From assembly GCA_944380455.1 (NCBI GenBank), contig CALWHR010000161.1, forward strand, positions 1-62,855: DNA of 62,855 nt. The letters are read 5' to 3'. Made by a program: the position numbers and the translations under genes. The notes beneath the pieces are model-generated. The model saw nothing but the letters and a program-made list of their open reading frames with translations, was not told the origin of the DNA and searched no databases. The first letter of the stretch is position 1. Every line of letters starts with the position of its first letter. This document shows positions 1-9,213 of this stretch, piece after piece. Origin of the DNA: an uncultured Clostridia bacterium. Lineage in GTDB: Bacteria > Bacillota > Clostridia > Lachnospirales > Anaerotignaceae.

Positions 1-348
1 ATCGCAGCTGTTAAAGAGCTTACAGTTGTTGAACTTAACGATTTAGTAAAAGCATGTGAAGAAGAATTCGGCGTATCTGCAGCAGCAGGCGTAGCTGTAG
101 TAGCAGCAGGCGGCGAAGCAGCAGCAGCTGAAGAAAAGAGCGAGTTTGATGTAGAGCTTACAGAAGTAGGTGCTGAAAAGATTAAAGTTATCAAAGTAGT
201 TAGAGAAATAACAGGTCTTGGCCTTAAAGAAGCTAAAGAGGCTGTAGACGGCGCTCCTAAGGTACTTAAAGAAGGCGTAGCTAAAGAAGAAGCTGAAGCT
301 ATGAAAGCTAAACTTGAAGAAGTTGGCGCTAAAGTTACACTTAAATAA
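1..348 (+). CDS. rplL: 50S ribosomal protein L7/L12, 5'-truncated by window edge
   Basis: Frame 1 translates [27 protein letters not shown]...[21 protein letters not shown]...GAKVTLK, stop TAA at 346-348; missing from the ORF track. Confidence 0.97.
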   Translation: MAAVKELTVVELNDLVKACEEEFGVSAAAGVAVVAAGGEAAAAEEKSEFDVELTEVGAEKIKVIKVVREITGLGLKEAKEAVDGAPKVLKEGVAKEEAEAMKAKLEEVGAKVTLK

Positions 349-365
349 TTTTAGTTAAAAAACTA

Positions 366-399
366 ACCCTGCAAGCACTATTTTGCAGGGTATTTTTTT
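366..399 (+). terminator. Intrinsic terminator after rplL
   Basis: ACCCTGCAA...TTGCAGGGT stem followed by a T run. Confidence 0.85.
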
Positions 400-470
400 G
401 TTTTAATAGAAAAAAACGGCACTTAAAAACAATATGCTTAAAAGTACCGTAAAATTTAATAAGTGCAATA

Positions 471-1214
471 TTAATTTTCGTACTTGTGCTTTCGCCCAAG
501 TTTATATGCAGTCAGTATTATGGCTGTTTCCTCGCCTGTAAGCTTTCTTTCTAAAGACTCTTCAAAATAATTGATTAATCCATGAGTGTCAATTTTTACA
601 TGTGTTTTCTTTTTAGGCGCAATATCTGATTCTTTAAATACTGAAGGCTCCGGCAGCTCGGTGTATATCTTTTTTAATATAAGCGAAGTGTAATAGGCAT
701 CATTTAAAGCATCATGAAATTTTAAATCAAGGCTTATATCAAACATCTCGGCCGCATTTTTAAGGCCTATTGTTCCGCCTGACGTGGAATGAAGCAGCTT
801 GGCGGCTGTAGGCTGGATATTGATATACTTTTTTGTAATAGCGTTTATATCACATTTAAAATATTTTATGTTTCGGTAAAGGGATTTAATATCATCTGTT
901 CCCCATGTATATATTATGCTCTCGTCGCCTTCCGCAAATGAAGAAAAGGCTTCAAACCCTTCTTTAAATGAAGGACAGTTCTTTAAATCTTCATCTGTTA
1001 TGCCGGTTATGCGTTCAACTATAGGATTGATTTTTGGATATATCTGAGGTTTAATTAAAAATGTAAACTCTCCGGTTTGTTCCAGTTTTTCATTGAGCTT
1101 AACAGCGCCTATCTGTATTATCTCAAATGGACATTCAGATACAGTTGAGCTGGATTTTCCTTTTTTTGTATTGCTGGACTGATTAAACTCCAAATCAATT
1201 ATTATATGGTTCAT
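471..1214 (-). CDS. DEDDh 3'-5' exonuclease (KapD/ERI-1-like)
   Basis: IIIDLEFN, EIIQIGAV and HDALNDA motifs. Confidence 0.85.
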   Translation of the reverse strand: MNHIIIDLEFNQSSNTKKGKSSSTVSECPFEIIQIGAVKLNEKLEQTGEFTFLIKPQIYPKINPIVERITGITDEDLKNCPSFKEGFEAFSSFAEGDESIIYTWGTDDIKSLYRNIKYFKCDINAITKKYINIQPTAAKLLHSTSGGTIGLKNAAEMFDISLDLKFHDALNDAYYTSLILKKIYTELPEPSVFKESDIAPKKKTHVKIDTHGLINYFEESLERKLTGEETAIILTAYKLGRKHKYEN

Positions 1215-1348
1215 AAATACCTCCCATAACGGCTTAAAATGCGCGTGAAATTATTATATCATCATTTGCAGTGTTATAAAAGAAATATAGACTTATTTAT
1301 TGAAAAAACTTTTCAAAAAGGTTATATTTTTATAAAGGAGGGATTTTA

Positions 1349-1603
1349 ATGAGGTTTGATTTTACTCAGGAAGATATAGAAAGAGAGGCTAATAAGGTAT
1401 ATATACAAGACGATGATGTCCTTCTTACAGGTGAATTTATAGAAGGCGAAGGAACACATTATGTGCTGACAGGCAGTGCCCTTATAGAAGGGGAAACTTA
1501 TCATGGTTTTGAAACGGAGTTTGAACTGGAAGAAGAAATAGAAAATCCCACAGCTGCATATTTAATGTCTGCTGAGTGGAAATGGTATGATTATATATGT
1601 TGA
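1349..1603 (+). CDS. Small acidic hypothetical protein
   Basis: AAGGAGG RBS, 84-aa ORF, terminator at 1624-1646. Confidence 0.7.
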   Translation: MRFDFTQEDIEREANKVYIQDDDVLLTGEFIEGEGTHYVLTGSALIEGETYHGFETEFELEEEIENPTAAYLMSAEWKWYDYIC

Positions 1604-1704
1604 TGAAAACTGGAAATTAATCTAAGACCGTTTATCGGTCTTTTTTATTTTATAAATTTTTTTACTGTTAATAAAATATTAATAAATTAAATTTCAGTTA
1701 CATC

Positions 1705-1759
1705 TTGAAATGTAGTGTGTAATAGTGTATATTAAGTGTGTTAGTTGAAATAGTACACT
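1705..1759 (+). promoter_or_regulatory. SigA promoter with YtrA-type operator
   Basis: TTGAAA(1705)-17 bp-TATATT(1728); AGTGTG-N13-TACACT at 1735-1759 matches the YtrA box AGTGTA-N13-TACACT. Confidence 0.7.
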
Positions 1760-1786
1760 TAATTCAACAGAAAGGGGGATAATTTA

Positions 1787-2152
1787 ATGATTGTTATTGA
1801 CTATAAAGACTCAAGACCCATATATGAGCAGATAGTGGAAAAATTTCAGAAACTTATTGTTAAAGGCGTTTTTGAAGCAGATAGTCAGATGCCTTCTGTA
1901 AGAAGCCTTGCAATGGAGCTTTCCATTAATCCAAATACGATACAAAAAGCTTATGCTGAGCTTGAAAGGCGAGGATTTATTTATACTATTAAGGGACGCG
2001 GAAATTTTGTTTCTTCGGGCAAAGAATATTTAAAATATAAGATAGGAGAGATTCAGATAAAGTTTGATAAGCTTTGCGAAGAAGCTGAAAGTGTAGGTGT
2101 TAAGCGCGAAAAAATAGCGGCCTACATTCTGGGGAAGGAGATGAGTTTATGA
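1787..2152 (+). CDS. ytrA: GntR-family regulator, YtrA subfamily
   Basis: PIYEQI...PSVRSLA..L.INPNTIQKAY; short C-terminus; precedes an ABC ATPase. Confidence 0.88.
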   Translation: MIVIDYKDSRPIYEQIVEKFQKLIVKGVFEADSQMPSVRSLAMELSINPNTIQKAYAELERRGFIYTIKGRGNFVSSGKEYLKYKIGEIQIKFDKLCEEAESVGVKREKIAAYILGKEMSL

Positions 2153-3054
2153 TAGAGCTTAATGGCTTAAATAAGTCTTTTGACGGAATTAAAGCCGTTG
2201 ACAATATAAGTGTTACCGTTAAAGAAGGCTCTGTTTTTGGTCTTATTGGAACAAACGGTGCAGGAAAAAGTACCGTTATGCGCTTAATAGCCGGTGTTAT
2301 AAAGCCTGACAGCGGACGCGTACTTATAGACGGTGAAAATGTTTATAATAATGTTTCAGCTAAAAGCAAATTTTTCTTTATTTCAGATGACCAGTACTTT
2401 TTTGCAACAGCCAATGCTAAAGATATGGAAAAATATTACAGCAGCCTTTATCCTGAATTTGACAAAGGTGCGTTTTATGAATATCTTATAAGATTTGGAT
2501 TAGACGCTGGAAGAAAAATAAATACATTTTCAAAGGGCATGAAACGCCAGCTGATACTTCTTTTGGGAATATGCGCCAATACAAAATACTTAATATGTGA
2601 TGAAACATTCGACGGCCTTGACCCTGTTATAAGGCAGAGCATTAAAAGCATATTTGCCAGCGAGATTGAAAAACGGCAGCTTACGCCTATTATAGCTTCT
2701 CATAATTTAAGAGAACTTGAGGATATATGCGACCATGTAGGTCTTTTGCATAAGGGCGGAGTGCTTTTATCAAAGGATTTGGAAGAAATGAAATGCTCAA
2801 TACTTAAAATTCAGTGTGTTTTTAAAAATGATAAAGAACGCGAAAAGGCTGAAAAAAGTATTAACATATTAAAAGATGATGTTCGTGGTTCTTTGCATAC
2901 ATACACCGTAAGAGGAACACAGGAAGAAGTTGAACGGGTATTTGCTTCTATAGAAACCATTTTCTTTGAAGTGCTTCCATTGTCACTGGAAGAGATATTT
3001 ATTAGCGAAACGGAGGTTGCAGGCTATGACATCAAAAAGCTCATTTTTGGTTAA
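2149..3054 (+). CDS. ABC transporter ATP-binding protein (YtrB-like)
   Basis: Walker A GTNGAGKST, signature FSKGMKR, Walker B LICDE. Confidence 0.92.
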   Translation: MIELNGLNKSFDGIKAVDNISVTVKEGSVFGLIGTNGAGKSTVMRLIAGVIKPDSGRVLIDGENVYNNVSAKSKFFFISDDQYFFATANAKDMEKYYSSLYPEFDKGAFYEYLIRFGLDAGRKINTFSKGMKRQLILLLGICANTKYLICDETFDGLDPVIRQSIKSIFASEIEKRQLTPIIASHNLRELEDICDHVGLLHKGGVLLSKDLEEMKCSILKIQCVFKNDKEREKAEKSINILKDDVRGSLHTYTVRGTQEEVERVFASIETIFFEVLPLSLEEIFISETEVAGYDIKKLIFG

Positions 3055-5113
3055 TTTAAAACAAAATGCTGTAAGAAGAACATGGTCTATACTGCTTTTC
3101 GCCATTACGTTTTTCTTTTTGCTTCCTGTTATATTAATGCTTAATTTCAGCTCATTGCTTAAATATACAGAAGAACAGTACCTGGCAAGACAAATGCTTA
3201 ATTCTTTTAAAGATGTGGTAGCGGTAAATCCGTTTATTATGGCAGTAACTTTGATTTTTGCGGTAATTGCTGCTATACATGGATTTTCATATCTTTACAG
3301 CAGGAAAAAAACAGATATGTATTTAAGCGTGCCGGTTACTGTTGAAAGAAGATTTGCTGTTATATTTATTAACAGTGTGCTTATGTATGTTGTGCCGTAT
3401 TTTATATTTTTAGTAATAACTATAATAATTGCGGGAACATATGGTGTTAATGATGCGTATATTATTAAAATGGCATTTATAAGCTTTGGAGTAAACACAC
3501 TTTTTTACTTAGCTGTTTATGCTGTAACAACAATAGCAGTTATGCTTACAGGCAATCTGCCGGTTTCGGTTTTAGGCACAGCAACTCTTTTAGGGTATGA
3601 AAATGGAGTAAAGGTACTGCTTTTAAGTATGTTCAGCAATTATTTTAAAACATACAGCCAGTACAGCGATGAAAAGTTTCTTAAAACTTGGTTTTCACCT
3701 TTAGGTATATTTGTAAGTTTTCAAAATGATTTTGCATTAGCCTTAAAAGACAACATAAGTGTAATGCCGGCAGTACAAAAAGCATCGGTGCATTTAGCTG
3801 TGTTAGTAATTGTGTATATGATTATTGCTTTTCTTCTTTATAAAGCTCGTCCTTCAGAATCGTGCGGAAAGTCAATGTCATTTAAGAAAAGCAAGAAAGT
3901 TATTAAGCGCTTAATAATGATACCGGTTGCGTTGGTATTTTTGTTATTCTTTGAGTCAGCCAGCGGAGGTTCTTTAGGCGGAGCAATATTTGGCTTGGCA
4001 GCAGGTATACTGCTGTGTCACTGCGTAATACAGGCAATTTATGAACAGGATTTAAAAGCCGTTTTTAAAGACAAGCGCTCGATTGTATATATAGCTGTTA
4101 TTGCAGGGTTTATATTTGCGTTATTCAGGTTTGATATAACCGGATATGATAAGTATATTCCAAATGAAAACAAGCTTGTAAGCGGAACAATATCCCTGGA
4201 TACACCTTTTGGCAACAGAGCAAGCTTTTATGATGATGAGTATGACAATGTTACAGGTGACAGATACAGATTTGACAACATGAACATAATTGATAAATCA
4301 TTATTATGCGATATAGCATATACAGCAGCGCAGGAGATAGATGGTTATTCAAAGGGATATGGCTCAACTGAAAACCCGAACACTATCACCGCAACTATGA
4401 AATATACATTGTCAAACGGTAAAAATGTATACAGAAACATATATTTTGATTATAAAGAAAACGAAGAGCTGTTAAACAGAATTTTCGCAGATGTTAACTT
4501 TAAAGAAAATTATATCCAGCTTTTTGACAATGTGTTCCAAAACAATACAGATATATTTGAAATTAAATATAGCAACGACTTTATAACAGAAAATGTTGAC
4601 AGCAGCATAAACAGTGAGTTTATTAATGCGTATAAAAAAGATTTTATCGATATGACATTTAGCGATGTTGAAAACACTCTTGCTTCAGGATATTTGGAAA
4701 TGTACGCTGTTATAAAAAATGATAATGCAGGCGAAAATTCAGGCATGGATAATTCAATAAACATTTACTACGAATTTCCAGTTTTCGACTCTTTTGAAAA
4801 TACAAAAGCTGTTTTACAAAAGCAGGGAATAGATATTAATGAAAGAGTTAGCAAAGAAGATGTTTTCTCGGTAACAGTTTATGATTATGTTAACAATACA
4901 GAACCTATTGAGATTACAGATGCTGACCAGATAGAAGAAATTTTAGATGCTGTTTATGCAAGAAGCCAGGTATATTTCAGTGCCGTAAATTCACATTACA
5001 ATAATGACTACGATGTTGATATTTCTATTAAGCCTGAAAAATACAATGGATATTACAATATAGGATGCGGTTTTAAAAATGGACATGTCCCTGATTTTAT
5101 CAAACAGAATTAA
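3026..5113 (+). CDS. ABC transporter permease with large C-terminal soluble domain
   Basis: Multiple TM helices; start moved to ATG 3026 (MTSKSS) behind GGAGG. Confidence 0.8.
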   Translation: MTSKSSFLVNLKQNAVRRTWSILLFAITFFFLLPVILMLNFSSLLKYTEEQYLARQMLNSFKDVVAVNPFIMAVTLIFAVIAAIHGFSYLYSRKKTDMYLSVPVTVERRFAVIFINSVLMYVVPYFIFLVITIIIAGTYGVNDAYIIKMAFISFGVNTLFYLAVYAVTTIAVMLTGNLPVSVLGTATLLGYENGVKVLLLSMFSNYFKTYSQYSDEKFLKTWFSPLGIFVSFQNDFALALKDNISVMPAVQKASVHLAVLVIVYMIIAFLLYKARPSESCGKSMSFKKSKKVIKRLIMIPVALVFLLFFESASGGSLGGAIFGLAAGILLCHCVIQAIYEQDLKAVFKDKRSIVYIAVIAGFIFALFRFDITGYDKYIPNENKLVSGTISLDTPFGNRASFYDDEYDNVTGDRYRFDNMNIIDKSLLCDIAYTAAQEIDGYSKGYGSTENPNTITATMKYTLSNGKNVYRNIYFDYKENEELLNRIFADVNFKENYIQLFDNVFQNNTDIFEIKYSNDFITENVDSSINSEFINAYKKDFIDMTFSDVENTLASGYLEMYAVIKNDNAGENSGMDNSINIYYEFPVFDSFENTKAVLQKQGIDINERVSKEDVFSVTVYDYVNNTEPIEITDADQIEEILDAVYARSQVYFSAVNSHYNNDYDVDISIKPEKYNGYYNIGCGFKNGHVPDFIKQN

Positions 5114-5157
5114 ACATTAAATACTTAAAGGCGTACTATTGAACGGAGGGTAGTAAT

Positions 5158-5571
5158 ATGGCATACATCACTATACAGGTAAACGACACAGAAAAGCTTG
5201 AAAAACTGAAAAAACTGCTTTCTGAAAATGGTTTTGAGTCAACTGATACTAAAATTACAGAAACACCGGATTACATTTACCGTTTTGACGGGCTTGAGAT
5301 TGATGATGAGAAAAAGCGGGTTACGGTAGACGGCAGAAGTATTGCTTTAACACCTACAGAGTATAATATACTTTGCATACTTATGAAGCAGAAAGGCAGA
5401 GTGCTTTCTGCCGAGCAGATTTACAGAGCTATATGGCATGTTGAAACAATAGGTGTTGAAGAAAATGTTATAGCAGTACATATCAGAAGAATAAGAATGA
5501 AAATTGAGCATGACCCTAAAAAGCCGCATTTTGTAAAGGCTGTATGGGGTGTGGGCTATAGAGTTGGCTGA
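5158..5571 (+). CDS. OmpR-type winged-helix DNA-binding protein lacking a receiver domain
   Basis: LTPTEYNIL...VHIRRIRMKIE..P..P.FVKAVWGVGYR; N-terminus of only about 40 aa. Confidence 0.8.
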   Translation: MAYITIQVNDTEKLEKLKKLLSENGFESTDTKITETPDYIYRFDGLEIDDEKKRVTVDGRSIALTPTEYNILCILMKQKGRVLSAEQIYRAIWHVETIGVEENVIAVHIRRIRMKIEHDPKKPHFVKAVWGVGYRVG

Positions 5572-5597
5572 CATTTAAGGCAGAGAGGAGAAGTGTT

Positions 5598-5834
5598 ATG
5601 GATAAAAAAGATTTAGGTTTATTATTTGTGTTTTTGGGAGCGGCTATGTGGGTTCAGGCATTTACATATGCGGCGTTAAATACTGCTTTTGTATATTCCA
5701 GCACTTCTTTAAGCTGTTTTAAAAGTTTTTTAGGCTACGGAAATGCAGGCTCATTTATATGCGCTGTTTTGTGCGCTGTATTTGGAATACTGCTTATTAA
5801 GTTTGATTCAGGCAAAAAATGTGACACTAATTAA
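5598..5834 (+). CDS. Small membrane protein
   Basis: GAGGA RBS, two hydrophobic segments. Confidence 0.55.
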   Translation: MDKKDLGLLFVFLGAAMWVQAFTYAALNTAFVYSSTSLSCFKSFLGYGNAGSFICAVLCAVFGILLIKFDSGKKCDTN

Positions 5835-5858
5835 ACAGCAAACTTGATTAAAGAATAT

Positions 5859-5894
5859 AAAAACGGAACATGTTTAAGCATGTTCCGTTTTTTT
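5859..5894. terminator. Bidirectional terminator
   Basis: AAAAACGGAACATG-TTTAAG-CATGTTCCGTTTTT between convergent genes. Confidence 0.8.
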
Positions 5895-5906
5895 GTAAAA
5901 CATTAA

Positions 5907-7085
5907 TTAAAAAGAACCTTTTGCATTAAGAGCCTTTTTGTCGAGGGTTTCAAGTCTGTTAAGCGCTTCGGTAAGAGTTTCACGGCTTTTGGCAAAATGG
6001 AAACGCACATAGTTATTTATATTTTCATTAAAGAAGCTTGAGCCAGGAACAGCGCCTACACCTACTTCACGGGCCATCCATTCACAGAATTTAATGTCAT
6101 CTGTAACACCGTATTTTCCTACATTAACCATTACATAATAAGCTCCCTGAGGGTCGGTGTAATCAAAACCCATGTTTTTAAGTCCGTTTATAAAAAGCTC
6201 TTTTCTGTCGGTATAAATGCCTAAAAGCTCATCATAATAACTGTCATCAAAATTAAGAGCAGTAACTACAGCTTCCTGAAGGGGAGCGGCCGCGCCTACA
6301 GTAAGAAAGTCATGTACTTTTTTAACACGGTCTATAATGTATTCCTCGGCTACAACATAGCCTAAGCGCCAGCCTGTTATAGAGTATGTTTTTGAAAGAG
6401 AATTACATGTAATTGTTCTTTCTCTCATACCCGGAAGATTTGAAAAATATAAGTGTTTAAAAGGCTTGTAAACTATATGTTCATAAACCTCGTCGGTTAT
6501 AACAAATGTATCGTATTTAACAGCTAAATCAGCTATTATTTTAAGCTCGTCTTCAGTAAATACCCTTCCGCTTGGATTTGAAGGATTGCAGAGGATAATA
6601 GCTTTTGGACCTTGCTTAAAAGCGTCTTCAAGCACATTAGGGTCGAATGTGAAATCAGGCGGATTAAGAGGGACAAATATAGGCTGAGCGCTTGAAAGTA
6701 TAGCATCAGCACTGTAGTTTTCATAAAAAGGTGAAAAAACAATTACTTTTTCTCCCGGATTGCAGACAGTGAGCATTGAAGCCATCATTGCCTCGGTACT
6801 TCCGCAGGTTACAACTATGTTCTTGTCCGGGTCTATTTTCTGGCCAGTGAAATGAAAGTGCTTTCTGGCAAGGCCTTCTCTTATAGCCTGTGAACCCCAT
6901 GTTACTTCGTATTGGTGGTGGTTTTCATAAGAAACTTCAGCAAGCCTGTCTAAAAGGGCTTTAGGTGGGTTAAAGTCAGGAAAACCCTGTGAAAGGTTTA
7001 TAGCATTATTATCAATTGAAATTCTTGTCATTTTACGTATCATTGATTCAGTAAAAGTATCTGTTCTGTTGCTTAATTTTGGCAT
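5907..7085 (-). CDS. PLP-dependent aminotransferase class I/II
   Basis: INLSQGFPDF, NPSNPSG, DEVY, SLSKTYSITGWRLG; start ATG 7085 behind GGAGG. Confidence 0.92.
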   Translation of the reverse strand: MPKLSNRTDTFTESMIRKMTRISIDNNAINLSQGFPDFNPPKALLDRLAEVSYENHHQYEVTWGSQAIREGLARKHFHFTGQKIDPDKNIVVTCGSTEAMMASMLTVCNPGEKVIVFSPFYENYSADAILSSAQPIFVPLNPPDFTFDPNVLEDAFKQGPKAIILCNPSNPSGRVFTEDELKIIADLAVKYDTFVITDEVYEHIVYKPFKHLYFSNLPGMRERTITCNSLSKTYSITGWRLGYVVAEEYIIDRVKKVHDFLTVGAAAPLQEAVVTALNFDDSYYDELLGIYTDRKELFINGLKNMGFDYTDPQGAYYVMVNVGKYGVTDDIKFCEWMAREVGVGAVPGSSFFNENINNYVRFHFAKSRETLTEALNRLETLDKKALNAKGSF

Positions 7086-7273
7086 TATATGTACCTCCTG
7101 CCTGAATTGGTTTTTATTATTATACATTTATTCATTAAAAAATACAAACGGTTTATAATACTTATAAAGCCTGATTTATAATGTTTTAAAGTTATTAAAC
7201 AATATTAAGTTGATAAAAATCTGAATAAATAGTAAAATAATTAAATTGAACAATACAAAATACGGAGAGTTTT

Positions 7274-7975
7274 ATGAAGATATTTGCTTTATCAGACTTG
7301 CATTTAGGGCACTCGGTAAATAAGCCAATGGATAAGTTTGGCGGTGAATGGGAAGGCCATACAGAAAAAATCAGAATAAACTGGAACAGCATTGTTAATG
7401 AAGACGATATCGTGCTTGTTCCGGGGGATATTTCATGGGCAATGAGTTTTAATGAGTCTGAAGAAGATATTTTGTTTATTAAAGGCTTGAAAGGCCAAAA
7501 GATATTGCTTCGCGGAAACCATGACTATTGGTGGAGCAGTGTTTCACGGCTGAACGGGCTTTATGCCAAAAGCGGCATGTATTTTTTGCAGAATGACTGT
7601 TTTATGCTTCCTGACGGAAAAACTGCTGTCTGCGGTGCAAGGCTGTGGAAAAATGACAGTACTGATGCGGAGGATATAAAAATTTACAACCGCGAAATTA
7701 TTAGGGCAAAGCTTTCTCTTGACGCAGCAATGCGCAAAAAATGCGAAAAAATTATATTTATTAGCCACTATCCGCCCTTGCTTTTTGGTGAAACGGGCAG
7801 TGAGATATGTGAGCTTTTTAAAAATTATCCTGTAATAAAAGCCGTTTATGGTCATCTGCATGGAGAGGATAATTTTAAAACGGGATTTCAAGGTGAATTT
7901 GAAAAAATAGAGTATAAACTTGTTTCGGCGGACTATATTAATTTTACGCCGCAGCTTATATATGAGGAGGAATAA
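7274..7975 (+). CDS. Calcineurin-like metallophosphoesterase
   Basis: DLH, GD, GNHD and GHLH motifs. Confidence 0.88.
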   Translation: MKIFALSDLHLGHSVNKPMDKFGGEWEGHTEKIRINWNSIVNEDDIVLVPGDISWAMSFNESEEDILFIKGLKGQKILLRGNHDYWWSSVSRLNGLYAKSGMYFLQNDCFMLPDGKTAVCGARLWKNDSTDAEDIKIYNREIIRAKLSLDAAMRKKCEKIIFISHYPPLLFGETGSEICELFKNYPVIKAVYGHLHGEDNFKTGFQGEFEKIEYKLVSADYINFTPQLIYEEE

Positions 7976-7981
7976 ATTAAA

Positions 7982-8416
7982 ATGGTTATTATGGTTGTAG
8001 ATGGACAGGGCGGCGGAATGGGAAAGGCAATAATAGAAAAATTAAAGCCTCTTTTAGGCCCTGAAAATCAGCTTATAGCAATAGGTACAAACTCAATAGC
8101 AACGGCTAATATGATTAAAGCCGGTGCTGATAAAGCAGCTACAGGCGAAAACGCCGTTAAGGTAAATGCCGCAAAGGCTGATATTATTATGGGCAGTATC
8201 GGCATTATATCCTCTAATTCAATGTTCGGCGAGCTGAGCCATAAAATGGCAAGAGCCATAAGCGAAAGCCCGGCTGAAAAAATATTAATACCTATTAAGC
8301 GCTGTGGTATTTATGTAGTTGGTATGTGCTCGGACTCTATGCCTAAAATGATTGAAGAGGCAGTTGACACATGTGTTGATATGGTTAGACGCAGCCAGAA
8401 AAGCTGTGATTTATAA
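7982..8416 (+). CDS. DUF3842-family protein
   Basis: VVDGQGGGMG...AIGTNSIAT..M.KAGA...ATGENA. Confidence 0.8.
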   Translation: MVIMVVDGQGGGMGKAIIEKLKPLLGPENQLIAIGTNSIATANMIKAGADKAATGENAVKVNAAKADIIMGSIGIISSNSMFGELSHKMARAISESPAEKILIPIKRCGIYVVGMCSDSMPKMIEEAVDTCVDMVRRSQKSCDL

Positions 8417-8425
8417 GGAGGATAC

Positions 8426-8992
8426 ATGGGGTTTGTATATATTTTGTTAATAGCTGTAAGCCTTTCAATGGATGCCTTTGCTGTATCGGTTTCCAATGGT
8501 CTTTCAATTAAAGAAATACGCAGAAGCGAAATATTTCTTGAAGCATTGTTTTTCGGAGGCTTTCAGTTTTTAATGCCTGTTCTGGGCTTTTTGCTCGGTT
8601 TTGGTGTTAAAGGATATATTGAGGCATTTGACCACTGGATAGCTTTTGGACTTCTTGCAGTTATAGGTTTTAATATGGTAAGAGAGTCTTTTGGCGGTGA
8701 TGAGGATGATGAATGCGAACAAAGACAAGCTCTTACGCCAACTAAACTTCTGTTTCAGGCTATAGCAACAAGCATAGACGCTTTGGCAGTTGGTGTAAGC
8801 TTTGCGGTTTTAAATGTAAATATACTTTCCGCCAGTGCCATAATAGGTGTTGTTTGTTTTATAATTTCTGTTTTTGGCTCTATAATAGGCAAAAACGCAG
8901 GTAAAATGCTAAAAAAACGTGCTGAAATGGCAGGGGGAATTATTTTGATATTAATAGGTGTAAAAATACTTGCTGAGCATATGCTTTTTTAA
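8426..8992 (+). CDS. mntP: Manganese efflux pump MntP
   Basis: SLSMDAFAVS and ATSIDALAVG repeats. Confidence 0.88.
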   Translation: MGFVYILLIAVSLSMDAFAVSVSNGLSIKEIRRSEIFLEALFFGGFQFLMPVLGFLLGFGVKGYIEAFDHWIAFGLLAVIGFNMVRESFGGDEDDECEQRQALTPTKLLFQAIATSIDALAVGVSFAVLNVNILSASAIIGVVCFIISVFGSIIGKNAGKMLKKRAEMAGGIILILIGVKILAEHMLF

Positions 8993-9213
8993 GTATAAGC
9001 TTTGTTTTACTTTGATTGAACTGTATAAAAATCAATTAGCGTAAAATTTCTGCTAAAAATTGCAAAAAAACATAATCTGTGTTAAAACTTAAATAAATGC
9101 AATGTATACTTTAATTTATATGTTGAATTGGTTTTAAGATTGTACTATAATAAATACAATTTGTGTTGGTTGGTAATTACTTATATATATATTTACAGAA
9201 AGGAAGTTTTATT

